A DNA stretch of 64,000 nucleotides. Origin: a bacterium. GTDB taxonomy: Bacteria; Patescibacteriota; Minisyncoccia; Phycocordibacterales; UBA918. The translations under genes were made by a program, and so were the position numbers. The notes below the pieces were generated by a model, which ran no database searches, had not been told where the DNA came from, and saw only the letters and a program-made list of their open reading frames with translations. Shown piece by piece: positions 28,864 through 36,792 of the stretch; position 1 is the first letter of the stretch; every line of letters begins with the position of its first letter. The stretch lies in assembly GCA_043728975.1 (NCBI GenBank), contig JAYTMA010000167.1:4939-68938 (forward strand), read 5' to 3'.

Positions 28864-29292
28864 ATGGAGAAAGTGTCCTCCTTTAGCTGGAACACTCATT
28901 CAGGGTATGCTCGAACTTTTAGTCGTAGGCTTGTTGATGGTGGAAAACTAAAGAGTCAATCAATGCACAGGTTGGTTTTAGACGTTACTGATCCTGATGT
29001 AATTGTGGATCACATCAACGGCAATAGGCTTGATAATAGAAAGTCCAATTTAAGATTTGCAACAGTTGCTCAGAATGCACAGAACAGAAAGAAGGTTTCT
29101 GGCGGCTCAAGTATTTATCTTGGAGTTACTTATCATAAGCGTGATGAGCGCTGGCAAGCTTCTGTAAGACACGATGGTAAACGCTATCATGCAGGAATTC
29201 ACAAGACTGAAGAAGAAGCCGCTAGAGCCTATGATGTAAAAGCAAAAGAACTTCACGGCGAATTCGCACGACTAAATTTCCCAAAGGATTAA
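28864..29292 (+). CDS. HNH endonuclease fused to AP2 DNA-binding domain (142 aa)
   Basis: VDHINGNRLDNRKSNLR (HNH_3), then YLGVTYHKRDERWQASVRHDGKRYHAGIHKTEEEAARAYD (AP2). Start at ATG 28864 with gaggagga RBS. Confidence 0.8.
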   Translation: MEKVSSFSWNTHSGYARTFSRRLVDGGKLKSQSMHRLVLDVTDPDVIVDHINGNRLDNRKSNLRFATVAQNAQNRKKVSGGSSIYLGVTYHKRDERWQASVRHDGKRYHAGIHKTEEEAARAYDVKAKELHGEFARLNFPKD

Positions 29293-29294
29293 CA

Positions 29295-29528
29295 TTGAAC
29301 TCCTTCATCCTGCTCATCGCAGCTCTCTGCTCACAAACTGGGCCAGGCCACGGCGATGATGCTGTGTCCACTGGCTACGTTCGCAAAGTGTCCCAGCTTA
29401 TACGAGAAGATGCTTTCACAGCTCAGAGCGCTTGTACAAAGCGACTATTCAAGGCTTGCACTACTAAGCACTTGGTTACAGGTGCTCCAGTTATTAAAGG
29501 CGCTGAGTGCCTCGTGGAAAATCTGTAA
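29295..29528 (+). CDS. hypothetical protein (77 aa)
   Basis: Track ORF. Weak start context. Confidence 0.3.
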   Translation: MNSFILLIAALCSQTGPGHGDDAVSTGYVRKVSQLIREDAFTAQSACTKRLFKACTTKHLVTGAPVIKGAECLVENL

Positions 29529-29644
29529 CTTACAGTAGCTTGTGCAAATCTTGCATATACTGCTTGTGTTAATATAGTGCAAATGTTATACTAAATTCAG
29601 AAACGGGAACAGGAAGTTCCTTGTACAAGCCACGGAGGGCTTTT

Positions 29645-29815
29645 ATGTCTGATCTTGGAGCATTCTTCGTTACGATCATTATCTTAGCGATTGTAGCAGT
29701 ATTGGCACAGACCTTTATCGCTCCATTTTCTCCTGCTCTGAGCTTAATCGTGTGCTTCTTTACAGGCTTGTTCGTTGGCCCAGTTATCTTCAGCGCTCTT
29801 TTGAAGAAGCGCTAA
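29645..29815 (+). CDS. small two-helix membrane peptide (56 aa)
   Basis: FFVTIIILAIVAVLAQTFIAPF and LSLIVCFFTGLFVGPVIFSALL. cacggaggg RBS. Stop overlaps the start of the CPBP gene (TAATG). Confidence 0.5.
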   Translation: MSDLGAFFVTIIILAIVAVLAQTFIAPFSPALSLIVCFFTGLFVGPVIFSALLKKR

Positions 29816-30318
29816 TGGAACTGCTACACGCTCTTTGGATTGTTGGCGCAATCATTCTGGCAATGACTTTTGTTTTTGATAGAAGTTCGCTCCAGTTTGA
29901 TATGAAGGCTTTCAAATGGTTTTTTAAAGTTATTGTTATAGGTTCGGGCATTTCTTTAGCTCTGAATTTACTGTTGCAGAGGTTTCCCCCACTTCTCCCA
30001 GTAGATGCAACTTCGCTCTTGTTCGTATGGTGGGAGGATCTCGTATTCTCCTACCTTCTAATTTACTGCTCAGAAAAGATTCTGCCACGATGGGCGTTCT
30101 ATATAGTAGCTGTCATTTCATCTGCTGTTTTTGGACTGGGCCATTTGTATCAAGGTTGGCTTGTTGTAGCTCTGCTGAGTTTCTACCCTTACTTCGTTAG
30201 TTATAAATGGGGCAAGAGAGTAGGGTTTGGGACAATCATGGCTTCTCACGTTTGCTATGACTTCATTGTATTTGGAAATCAAAAGCTCATTCATTACTTT
30301 GGTAACTTAATAAACTAA
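29815..30318 (+). CDS. CPBP/Abi-family intramembrane metalloprotease-like protein (167 aa)
   Basis: Multi-pass TM protein. WWEDLVF (degenerate EExxxR), FGLGH (FxxxH) and HVCYD (HxxxD) motifs. Confidence 0.5.
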   Translation: MELLHALWIVGAIILAMTFVFDRSSLQFDMKAFKWFFKVIVIGSGISLALNLLLQRFPPLLPVDATSLLFVWWEDLVFSYLLIYCSEKILPRWAFYIVAVISSAVFGLGHLYQGWLVVALLSFYPYFVSYKWGKRVGFGTIMASHVCYDFIVFGNQKLIHYFGNLIN

Positions 30319-30334
30319 TCGACGATAAGCAGCT

Positions 30335-30362
30335 TTATCATCATTCAGGTAACGGAGTAAGT
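30335..30362 (+). repeat. copy 1 of repeated 5' leader element TTATCATCATTCAGGTAACGGAGTAAGT
   Basis: Direct repeat immediately before an ATG. Three copies in tandem gene leaders. Confidence 0.6.
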
Positions 30363-30455
30363 ATGACAGACAAAGAACTTGAGAAACTTTTAGATGATGC
30401 CATTCAAAACATTGAAGCAGAGTGGATTGAGTATAGCAACGGTAGCAAGTCATAA
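30363..30455 (+). CDS. tiny ORF (30 aa)
   Basis: Follows leader copy 1. Translated by hand. Confidence 0.25.
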   Translation: MTDKELEKLLDDAIQNIEAEWIEYSNGSKS

Positions 30456-30521
30456 AAAGACTGTCAGGATATGCAGCGATTCATACTAAGAGAGCTTTTA
30501 GAAAAAGCACAATAAAGAAAA

Positions 30522-30545
30522 TTATCATCGAATAACGGAGAGAAT
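30522..30545 (+). repeat. copy 2 of leader element TTATCATCGAATAACGGAGAGAAT
   Basis: Directly before ATG 30546. Confidence 0.6.
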
Positions 30546-30734
30546 ATGGAAAAAACAATTGCGGTTGAAATTTATTGTGACGAAGTTGATTCATGGAATT
30601 GTGAGGAGAGAATTTATTGTAACAATTTAGCAGAGGCAAAAGCTTTTATTGAGGGATTTGATAAAGCCAAAGAATACCTCTCGCGCCCTGCTCACAATGT
30701 TTCATACAACGCAGAGTTGGTTAGATCACGATAA
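30546..30734 (+). CDS. hypothetical protein (62 aa, Cys-containing)
   Basis: Track ORF preceded by the repeated leader. Confidence 0.5.
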   Translation: MEKTIAVEIYCDEVDSWNCEERIYCNNLAEAKAFIEGFDKAKEYLSRPAHNVSYNAELVRSR

Positions 30735-30741
30735 GAAAACA

Positions 30742-30766
30742 TTATCATTCAGATAACGGAGTAGAT
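30742..30766 (+). repeat. copy 3 of leader element TTATCATTCAGATAACGGAGTAGAT
   Basis: Directly before ATG 30767. Confidence 0.6.
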
Positions 30767-31030
30767 ATGAATGTCTTAGGATTATTCACAGCATTTACTT
30801 TAGCAGTTTTAATCGCTGCAATATTCACAAACACTGGAACATCATCCTCAGAAGCTTTCGCTAAAGGCGATAGCGTAACTGCGTTTGGAAACAAGGGCAT
30901 TGTTAAGAGCATCTCAAGCAACGGCATGTTCCTCGAAGTAGCATTCGATGGAGCTTCTACAACAGTTGTATTTAACAGCGACGGCAAAATACATAACTGG
31001 AACAAGCGGCCCAGTTTAGAGAAGTGCTAG
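30767..31030 (+). CDS. small secreted/membrane protein (87 aa)
   Basis: N-terminal signal-like LGLFTAFTLAVLIAAIFTNTG. Confidence 0.5.
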   Translation: MNVLGLFTAFTLAVLIAAIFTNTGTSSSEAFAKGDSVTAFGNKGIVKSISSNGMFLEVAFDGASTTVVFNSDGKIHNWNKRPSLEKC

Positions 31031-31143
31031 TGAGGTTACGAACAATCTGGTGCAGGGCCAGCGTTTGGATTGTGTTTGAGTTTATGAACTACAGGAAGGT
31101 CGTGATTATAAACAACCTTCATGTCTACAGCATAAGGAAATAA

Positions 31144-31368
31144 ATGAACAACTTTAAACCTGGCGACATACTCGTTCGCATCAACTACGACTGGAACGAT
31201 CACAAAGTTGGAGGCATTTTCGAGCTTGAGTCTCTGGTCGAAGCTCCAAGCTCAACTCGCAAGTTACCCCCAACGCTCATATTCAAAAACGATACAACAG
31301 GCTACGACTCTAGACACTACGAGCTTCATCCAATCTCCGGCTCTCCGCTTTTCGAAGCACTGAAGTAA
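31144..31368 (+). CDS. SPLYQALK-tail family small protein (74 aa)
   Basis: MNNFKPGDILV ... GSPLFEALK. Confidence 0.6.
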   Translation: MNNFKPGDILVRINYDWNDHKVGGIFELESLVEAPSSTRKLPPTLIFKNDTTGYDSRHYELHPISGSPLFEALK

Positions 31369-31425
31369 TTAACAAGTTCTCAATTCAGCCAGGACGGCTG
31401 CAATTCAAATACAGGAAGTATATTC

Positions 31426-31950
31426 ATGTCACGTTCCGGAAATCTCAAAATCACAAACGACCACCTTATCTACGAAATGCTCAAAGATCCTGACATCGAC
31501 GTTAGAGAAGATGGGACAGTTTGGACCCTGACCACTAGAACAGGAAGGAGGAGCGCAAGTAATCAATGGAGATTAGCTGGGACTATTAACAGCCAGGGAT
31601 ACGTGATCATCAAGTACAAACGTAAAAATATAACTTCTCATAGATTAACATTCGCTAAATATGGAAATACTCCATTGGCCCCAGATTTAGTTATTAACCA
31701 CATTGATTCGAATAAATCAAACAACTCAATATCTAACCTAGAACTAGTAACCCAATCTCATAACAACTATCACGCATTCCAGACTGGCAAAAAACCAAAT
31801 TACGGAGCCGCTAAAATCACAAAAGCTATAGCAGATCAAATAAGAATGCTTCGACTTGAAGGGGCTAAATATGAATACCTGTGTAAAGAGTTCAACGTAT
31901 CAAAGGCACAGTTTCGGACATCGTTCATAACCGCACTTGGAAATGATTAG
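31426..31950 (+). CDS. HNH endonuclease (HNH_3, 174 aa)
   Basis: VINHIDSNKSNNSISNLELVTQSHN. Confidence 0.8.
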   Translation: MSRSGNLKITNDHLIYEMLKDPDIDVREDGTVWTLTTRTGRRSASNQWRLAGTINSQGYVIIKYKRKNITSHRLTFAKYGNTPLAPDLVINHIDSNKSNNSISNLELVTQSHNNYHAFQTGKKPNYGAAKITKAIADQIRMLRLEGAKYEYLCKEFNVSKAQFRTSFITALGND

Positions 31951-32138
31951 AGTATGTTGTAATTTTTACCACGTTCCGATTCCGCGAGCGGGCACCACTT
32001 TTAAACGTAAGTGGTTGTAATTAAAGAGGAAAGTGACTAGAAACATGGCAATTATTTCCACGGTTTCCACGGTGTTACTTTCCTCTCTAGTTCACAATTC
32101 ACTAACACTCAATCCAAATTTCTGTTAATAATCTCTAC
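31951..32138 (+). promoter_or_regulatory. candidate attP / integrase arm-site region
   Basis: Inverted repeat AGAGGAAAGT...ACTTTCCTCT flanking the direct repeats CCACGGTTTCCACGGT. tRNA 3'-end-like TTCCGATTCCGCGAGCGGGCACCA. Lies immediately upstream of the integrase. Confidence 0.3.
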
Positions 32139-33266
32139 ATGAGCTTTAAATTCAACATCAAAAAGCATGGCGAAGTTTATTATGTACGAATGCGATCTTA
32201 TGCTGAGGCTGATAAATTAGCTCTTGGTAAGCCAGATGCGGAATATGTCGAAAGAATGCTGCCTAAAAAAGAATGGGCCATTCATGGGTTTGACGAGGAC
32301 ATGTCTATTGACCAGGCTAGAAAACATGCCAAAAGTTTAAACTCTCAGACAAAGCTTAAAGACGGCAAAGAAAATCGAGCCAAGATTACTCATGCGAAAG
32401 CCTTAGAGCATAATGACTTGGTTAAGTGTGCTTACTTACCGGAACATATAGTTACAGAGTTTGAGAAGAAACTCGAGAACGACTCTTATTCTGAAGATTT
32501 CAGGACATCAAAAGTTTACTACCACTGGCGAACAGCGATGAGAAAAATTGCAGAGCTGGGAATTGCCCCCGATCAATGGGCAGAGAATAATCGACTAGTG
32601 CTTAAAAAACTTGAAGGTTTAGCGCCTTCAACAATTACAAGAGTTATTCATAATATGAATGCTTATGGAGTGTTCTATTCTAAGCGCATGGGCAAGTTCT
32701 TTGAAAAGGTAGCTAAGCCTAAAGGTAATGAGATTGGTAGAATCAGTGACAAGTACTTAGATAGAACTGGCGGCAACACTAAAGAGGCCACTGACATAAC
32801 GCTTAAGCTTATGACAAAGCTAGCCAACTCTGATGAGCTTACTCAAGAAGAAAAAGACTGGTGCGTAGTATGCTTGGGATTTGGACTTAGGCCTAGCGAA
32901 GTGAAGATGATTAACAACCGCGATGTAAAAACTCTCATCATTGGCAAAAACTCAGTTAAGATTTTCCAAGCTAAGTTAGTGTCACTTCCTCGACCTAAAA
33001 GATTTAAAGAAGTGGCAATCACACACCCGTTTCAAAAAGCTGCTTACACAATAATTAAGTCAGATGTTAATTTGTCTGCTCCATCTGTGTATAAGCTCAA
33101 AAAGATATTGGGCGAAGGATACAAGCAGTACTCTTTCAGAAAGGGCTATGTTGAGATTATGATAAACTTAGGTGAGCCAATTGAGCGAATTTCATTAGAC
33201 TTGGGCCACAGCTCGATTGAGAGAACTTGGAAGAGTTATAGGAAAAGAATCACGCAAGGGAGTTAA
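32139..33266 (+). CDS. int: tyrosine integrase (375 aa)
   Basis: CLGFGLRPSEV (box I Arg) and C-terminal LGHSSIERTWKSYRKR (HxxR...Y). Confidence 0.85.
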   Translation: MSFKFNIKKHGEVYYVRMRSYAEADKLALGKPDAEYVERMLPKKEWAIHGFDEDMSIDQARKHAKSLNSQTKLKDGKENRAKITHAKALEHNDLVKCAYLPEHIVTEFEKKLENDSYSEDFRTSKVYYHWRTAMRKIAELGIAPDQWAENNRLVLKKLEGLAPSTITRVIHNMNAYGVFYSKRMGKFFEKVAKPKGNEIGRISDKYLDRTGGNTKEATDITLKLMTKLANSDELTQEEKDWCVVCLGFGLRPSEVKMINNRDVKTLIIGKNSVKIFQAKLVSLPRPKRFKEVAITHPFQKAAYTIIKSDVNLSAPSVYKLKKILGEGYKQYSFRKGYVEIMINLGEPIERISLDLGHSSIERTWKSYRKRITQGS

Positions 33267-33268
33267 TA

Positions 33269-33430
33269 GTGGATATTGTAAATATTTCTGTAGAACTGGG
33301 CCAATTAAAAGCTCGCATCGAGCTTATGAAAGCAGCTCTTGAACAATTGCTCCAGCATGAAGATCCCAAAGTGCGTAAGATTGCAAAAGCAGCTTTGTTT
33401 CAAGCGGGATTTAGCGAAGACGTTACTTAA
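33269..33430 (+). CDS. small helical protein (53 aa, GTG start), possible recombination directionality factor
   Basis: Translated by hand: VDIVNISVELGQLKARIELMKAALEQLLQHEDPKVRKIAKAALFQAGFSEDVT. Lies directly after the integrase. Confidence 0.2.
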   Translation: MDIVNISVELGQLKARIELMKAALEQLLQHEDPKVRKIAKAALFQAGFSEDVT

Positions 33431-33504
33431 GAGCCTTGTAGAGGGGGGAGTTGTAAACTGTCCAGCAGCCATTGGCTTTGTGAACGTGAATGTATTGGCC
33501 CAGT

Positions 33505-34455
33505 TCATTTCAGCTTCCCGAAAATAAATATACGCTCACGATTCTGGGCAAGTCCGAAGTGCTTTGAGTTTACAAGTTCGAAGTCTACTTCATATCCAAG
33601 CTGGGACAGGCCTTTAAGAATCTCAACTATGGTTTTACCTCCATCATGATTCAACAGGCCCTTTACGTTCTCAGCGAGGAAGTACTTCGGCTTATGCTTC
33701 TGGAGAATATCGAAGCAGTGGTAAATCATTTGACCCCGGCCCTTCTCGTCTTCGAACCCCTGTCTAAGTCCAGCAATACTAAAAGACTGGCACGGGAATC
33801 CGAAAGTCAGGAGATCGAAATCTGGGACGTCAGTACGTTCAATGAACTTAGTTACGTCATTAAAGTTGGGAGTGTTCGGATGGTTGAAGCGAATTACATC
33901 TGAAGCGTACTTATCAAATTCGCATGTCCCAGTTAACTTGAAACGCTCTGGAAGATTTAGCTCAGTTCCGAGTATTCCCGAGAACAAAGACTGAACTCTA
34001 ACCTGTTCATCGCCAGGAATTAGTGACGTAAGTATTGTCGCGGCTACAGGAGAGCTGACTCCGTTACCACATTGTTTGTATCTTTGGGTGTTAGACATGT
34101 TGTAGATTGTCCCATCTTCTTTTCTTCCATACGCTGTATGATTGTCTGGGTAGCCTTGAAGTCTTTCACATTCTACTGGAGTGAGCTTACGAATTCTAAT
34201 CGTACCAGCTTCATCTAGAACCATGCGCTGACCATTACCTGGGGCGGGATTACCTACATTAGTGGTGAGAGTACAGGCAATTTCATCAGTCTTAACATTG
34301 TCATTATAAGCATCGTACACCGCTACGAAATTTTGAGAACTCATGTTTGCTCCTCCATCACCTGTACTTATTGTATTTGCTTCTCCATCCACTTTTCCCC
34401 TAACATCAATATGATTCTCACGAGTGCTTTTAGAATATGCTACTGTAGTTTTCAA
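33505..34455 (-). CDS. DNA (cytosine-5) methyltransferase, circularly permuted catalytic core (316 aa: TRD/motifs IX-X, then I, IV, VI, VIII)
   Basis: ECERLQGYPD, GNGVSSPVA (motif X), LFSGILG (I), FPCQSFS (IV), ENVKGL (VI), QNRERIFIFG (VIII). The protein ends 3 aa after motif VIII. TTG start. The frame stays open upstream to 34506. Confidence 0.8.
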   Translation of the reverse strand: MKTTVAYSKSTRENHIDVRGKVDGEANTISTGDGGANMSSQNFVAVYDAYNDNVKTDEIACTLTTNVGNPAPGNGQRMVLDEAGTIRIRKLTPVECERLQGYPDNHTAYGRKEDGTIYNMSNTQRYKQCGNGVSSPVAATILTSLIPGDEQVRVQSLFSGILGTELNLPERFKLTGTCEFDKYASDVIRFNHPNTPNFNDVTKFIERTDVPDFDLLTFGFPCQSFSIAGLRQGFEDEKGRGQMIYHCFDILQKHKPKYFLAENVKGLLNHDGGKTIVEILKGLSQLGYEVDFELVNSKHFGLAQNRERIFIFGKLK

Positions 34456-34457
34456 TT

Positions 34458-34466
34458 CCCCCCCCC
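34458..34466 (-). repeat. homopolymer tract (G9 on the coding strand)
   Basis: Nine C on the plus strand, at the junction between methyltransferase reading frames. Confidence 0.8.
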
Positions 34467-34668
34467 TTCTAATACGAGCTGACGTCGAGACTTCAGAGTA
34501 GTGTTAGTGCCTTTGGCGTAATTACTATCTAAACAATAGCTAACGTCTTTTCCTAATTTCATTAATCATCCTCATTAATATGGGCGTTCTTATCTGCTTC
34601 AGTTGTTAAAGCAGGAGAAATCCCATTGCTGTCGTAGACTCTGCCTTTTTGCTTGTAGAGACTTTGTC

Positions 34669-34678
34669 GCCCCCCCCC
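34669..34678 (-). repeat. homopolymer tract (about G10 on the coding strand)
   Basis: About 10 C on the plus strand, 30 nt downstream of the stop of the 81-aa methyltransferase fragment. Confidence 0.75.
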
Positions 34679-34704
34679 ATACGCTGGTTCGCCGTAGAGG
34701 AGTT

Positions 34705-34950
34705 TTATATCTTTCCCAGCTTCATGCTCACTAGGCGTTCTTGAAAATTCGCTTCTTTAACAATCCTCTCAACAACCTCATTTCTAAGGTAATACTTCTC
34801 ATCAACCTCTTCTTCGAGGATGTCCTTTAGCTTAGGAGTAGGAAGTTCGTTCGTAAGGGGGATGTTGAATTGGCCTAGTTGTATTTCTGGTAGTTCTTTC
34901 TTGATCAGGGCTTTAAGTCGAGTAATAGCTTTTGATTGTGTTATGCTCAT
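34705..34950 (-). CDS. methyltransferase N-terminal fragment (81 aa, the post-motif-VIII segment of a canonical C5-MTase)
   Basis: FNIPLTNELPTPKLKDILEEEVDEKYYL matches the F-x-F-P ... L-x-DIL ... VDEKYYLS segment that normally follows motif VIII. Ends at TAA before the G10 tract. Confidence 0.5.
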   Translation of the reverse strand: MSITQSKAITRLKALIKKELPEIQLGQFNIPLTNELPTPKLKDILEEEVDEKYYLRNEVVERIVKEANFQERLVSMKLGKI

Positions 34951-35008
34951 TGCACAACATTAACACTTGTACCAATTTCCCAAAAGACCTGTGCAAACCT
35001 TGCGTAGG

Positions 35009-35479
35009 CTAGTAACTTCCCACAATGCGTAATTGCTTCCAGCAGATTGTAGTGTGACCGTGAACTGTATAACCAGCTTCTCCGTATTCTCTCCAGCAAG
35101 TACTTCGATAGTCGTACTGAATGCTTATGTAATCTTTGATCTCTTTCATGAGCTGTGCTCTAGTTGTCCCAATCTTATACTTAACCTCTTTAACCTGGGA
35201 CAGACCAGAGGGAATTGAAACAGTAACTGCACAATAGTCTTCTGTCCGCCACTCTACTTCTAAAACTGGAACAGCGTTTTCGTACTCCCGGCTTATGAGA
35301 GCTTCAGCTTTGCGGAAGGCTTGATGGCAGGATTGCCCAAGCTGTCGGTAGAGAATGCGAGAGCCATTGTACACTCGAACGGATTGTTCGCCAGACAAGA
35401 GCCCTTGCACCCAAGATGGGCCAGGAGAAGCACAGGATGAAATGAACAGTAATAATGGTAGTATGGTTAATCTTTTCAT
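35009..35479 (-). CDS. lipoprotein (156 aa)
   Basis: Signal plus lipobox LLLFISSCAS. Confidence 0.55.
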   Translation of the reverse strand: MKRLTILPLLLFISSCASPGPSWVQGLLSGEQSVRVYNGSRILYRQLGQSCHQAFRKAEALISREYENAVPVLEVEWRTEDYCAVTVSIPSGLSQVKEVKYKIGTTRAQLMKEIKDYISIQYDYRSTCWREYGEAGYTVHGHTTICWKQLRIVGSY

Positions 35480-35550
35480 AAGAGCTATTACGGCAGTGCG
35501 TTATTTAAAGTTTAATGGTAGAATGCCGAAGAGAGTAAAAAAGGAGCTTT

Positions 35551-36189
35551 ATGAAATTCTTGTTACTTTTGGTTCTTGTAAGCTGTGCTTCTGTTCCTAG
35601 ACAGGATAAGAGCTTGGTTAAAGTAGGAATTACCTCAATAAAGGTTGTTGATAGTACCTCTAGAAATGTCTTTGTAAGCACTGGCATGAACGAGGTAGAG
35701 AACGATAACCAGCTCTTCAAAATCTACGCCAGCGTCGTTTATGAAGCTCTCAAGGGGCGAGGATATGTCCCAGTTAGTTCTAAGGATAAAGCTAATTTAA
35801 TCGTATATTTAAGCTATGAGGTTTCAGATCCTGAAAACTACACACATACTCAGAGTGTTCCAGTTTACGGCGGTAATTCCACCTCAACAGTTACAAACCA
35901 ATTTGGGCAACAGATCGGAACGATAAGAACTCAAAACTATGGGCCAACAGGTTATAGGGAAGTTAAAAGCTCTTATTCAATATACTCAAAGAAAATCACT
36001 CTCCACGCCTATGAAGGTGAGCAAATGGTGTGGGCAACTAGCTTAGCTCATCATAGCAGCTCAAGCACTGACTTGTTCAAGCTCTTCCCTTACATGGTGC
36101 AAGCTGGAGCGCCTTATTTTGATAAGCACTTAGACGATGCTCCAATTGTAGAGGTTGTTAAAATGAGAGCCCCAGCTTCAGTTCCATAG
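35551..36189 (+). CDS. lipoprotein (212 aa)
   Basis: Signal plus lipobox LVLVSCAS. gaagagagtaaaaaaggag RBS. Divergent from the upstream lipoprotein. Confidence 0.6.
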   Translation: MKFLLLLVLVSCASVPRQDKSLVKVGITSIKVVDSTSRNVFVSTGMNEVENDNQLFKIYASVVYEALKGRGYVPVSSKDKANLIVYLSYEVSDPENYTHTQSVPVYGGNSTSTVTNQFGQQIGTIRTQNYGPTGYREVKSSYSIYSKKITLHAYEGEQMVWATSLAHHSSSSTDLFKLFPYMVQAGAPYFDKHLDDAPIVEVVKMRAPASVP

Positions 36190-36435
36190 CTTAAGCAATC
36201 TTTGCTCAAGCCTATCTGACCAGTTGCACTTGTGTTAATATAGCTCCAAGAGGGGCTATAAACACTTGCATAAGCTTTCAACACATCTATATTTAGGCTT
36301 TTTCACAGGGTTCGTTTTAACGAGCATCTTCTTCACTTACCTCCTCGTCGAGCACTACACATCTAATCAATTCCTCAAACAAAACAACATATACTTAGAC
36401 GGCGCTTATTACAAGCTCTGTAAAAGGTCATGCAA

Positions 36436-36609
36436 ATGAAATGCCCCACTTTGGTTTACTATATTCCTAATATCGACAGAATCATGTCAGTTAAAGTTGG
36501 CTTGAAATTTACCACGATTACTGGAATTGCTAAAGCAGTTCGAATTCCTACTAATGAATTAGTTGGTTCGCTGGAATTCTTTCAAGCTGTTTTTATAGGA
36601 GTTGTATAA
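36436..36609 (+). CDS. hypothetical small protein (57 aa)
   Basis: Translated by hand. Abuts the next gene. Confidence 0.3.
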   Translation: MKCPTLVYYIPNIDRIMSVKVGLKFTTITGIAKAVRIPTNELVGSLEFFQAVFIGVV

Positions 36610-36792
36610 GTGAAACGATCTGAAGCTATTGCTTTAATCAATAAAGTGATTGAAGAAAAGTACTCGAACTACGGCGGAGAAATCCTGTTCCAATTAGAGA
36701 AAGCTGGAATGTTTCCGCCCCATTTTGATGATCCTTTAGTTCGCGATGCTTACGGTAGATATGAAACAAACTTTGCATGGGAGCAAGAATGA
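36610..36792 (+). CDS. hypothetical protein (60 aa, GTG start)
   Basis: Track ORF. Confidence 0.4.
   Translation: MKRSEAIALINKVIEEKYSNYGGEILFQLEKAGMFPPHFDDPLVRDAYGRYETNFAWEQE

Larger units (their letters stand above)
34456..34704 (-). pseudogene. frame-disrupted middle segment of the methyltransferase (target recognition domain, TRD)
   Basis: Minus-strand frames give ..GVYDSNG.. and ..VSPALTTEADKNAHINEDD, matching the RVYDxxGxSPTLT motif of C5-MTase TRDs only when two or more frameshifts are introduced. Confidence 0.45.

Noticed and set aside
30335-30766. Possible CRISPR-like array suggested by three direct repeats
   Set aside because: The repeats are about 25-28 bp but spaced 190-220 bp apart. 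Each is immediately followed by an ATG and an ORF. There are no uniform short spacers and no cas genes, so this is a repeated gene leader, not a CRISPR array.
31975-32005. tRNA gene (sequence ...GTTCCGATTCCGCGAGCGGGCACCA)
   Set aside because: Only a T-arm/acceptor-like 3' fragment can be folded. No D-arm, anticodon arm or 5' acceptor strand is present. It is more consistent with a tRNA-derived attP core than a functional tRNA.
36256-36430. Possible 57-aa membrane ORF with TTG start downstream of the promoter-like element at 36224
   Set aside because: There is no ATG and no clear RBS. Support is weak, so it is left unannotated.
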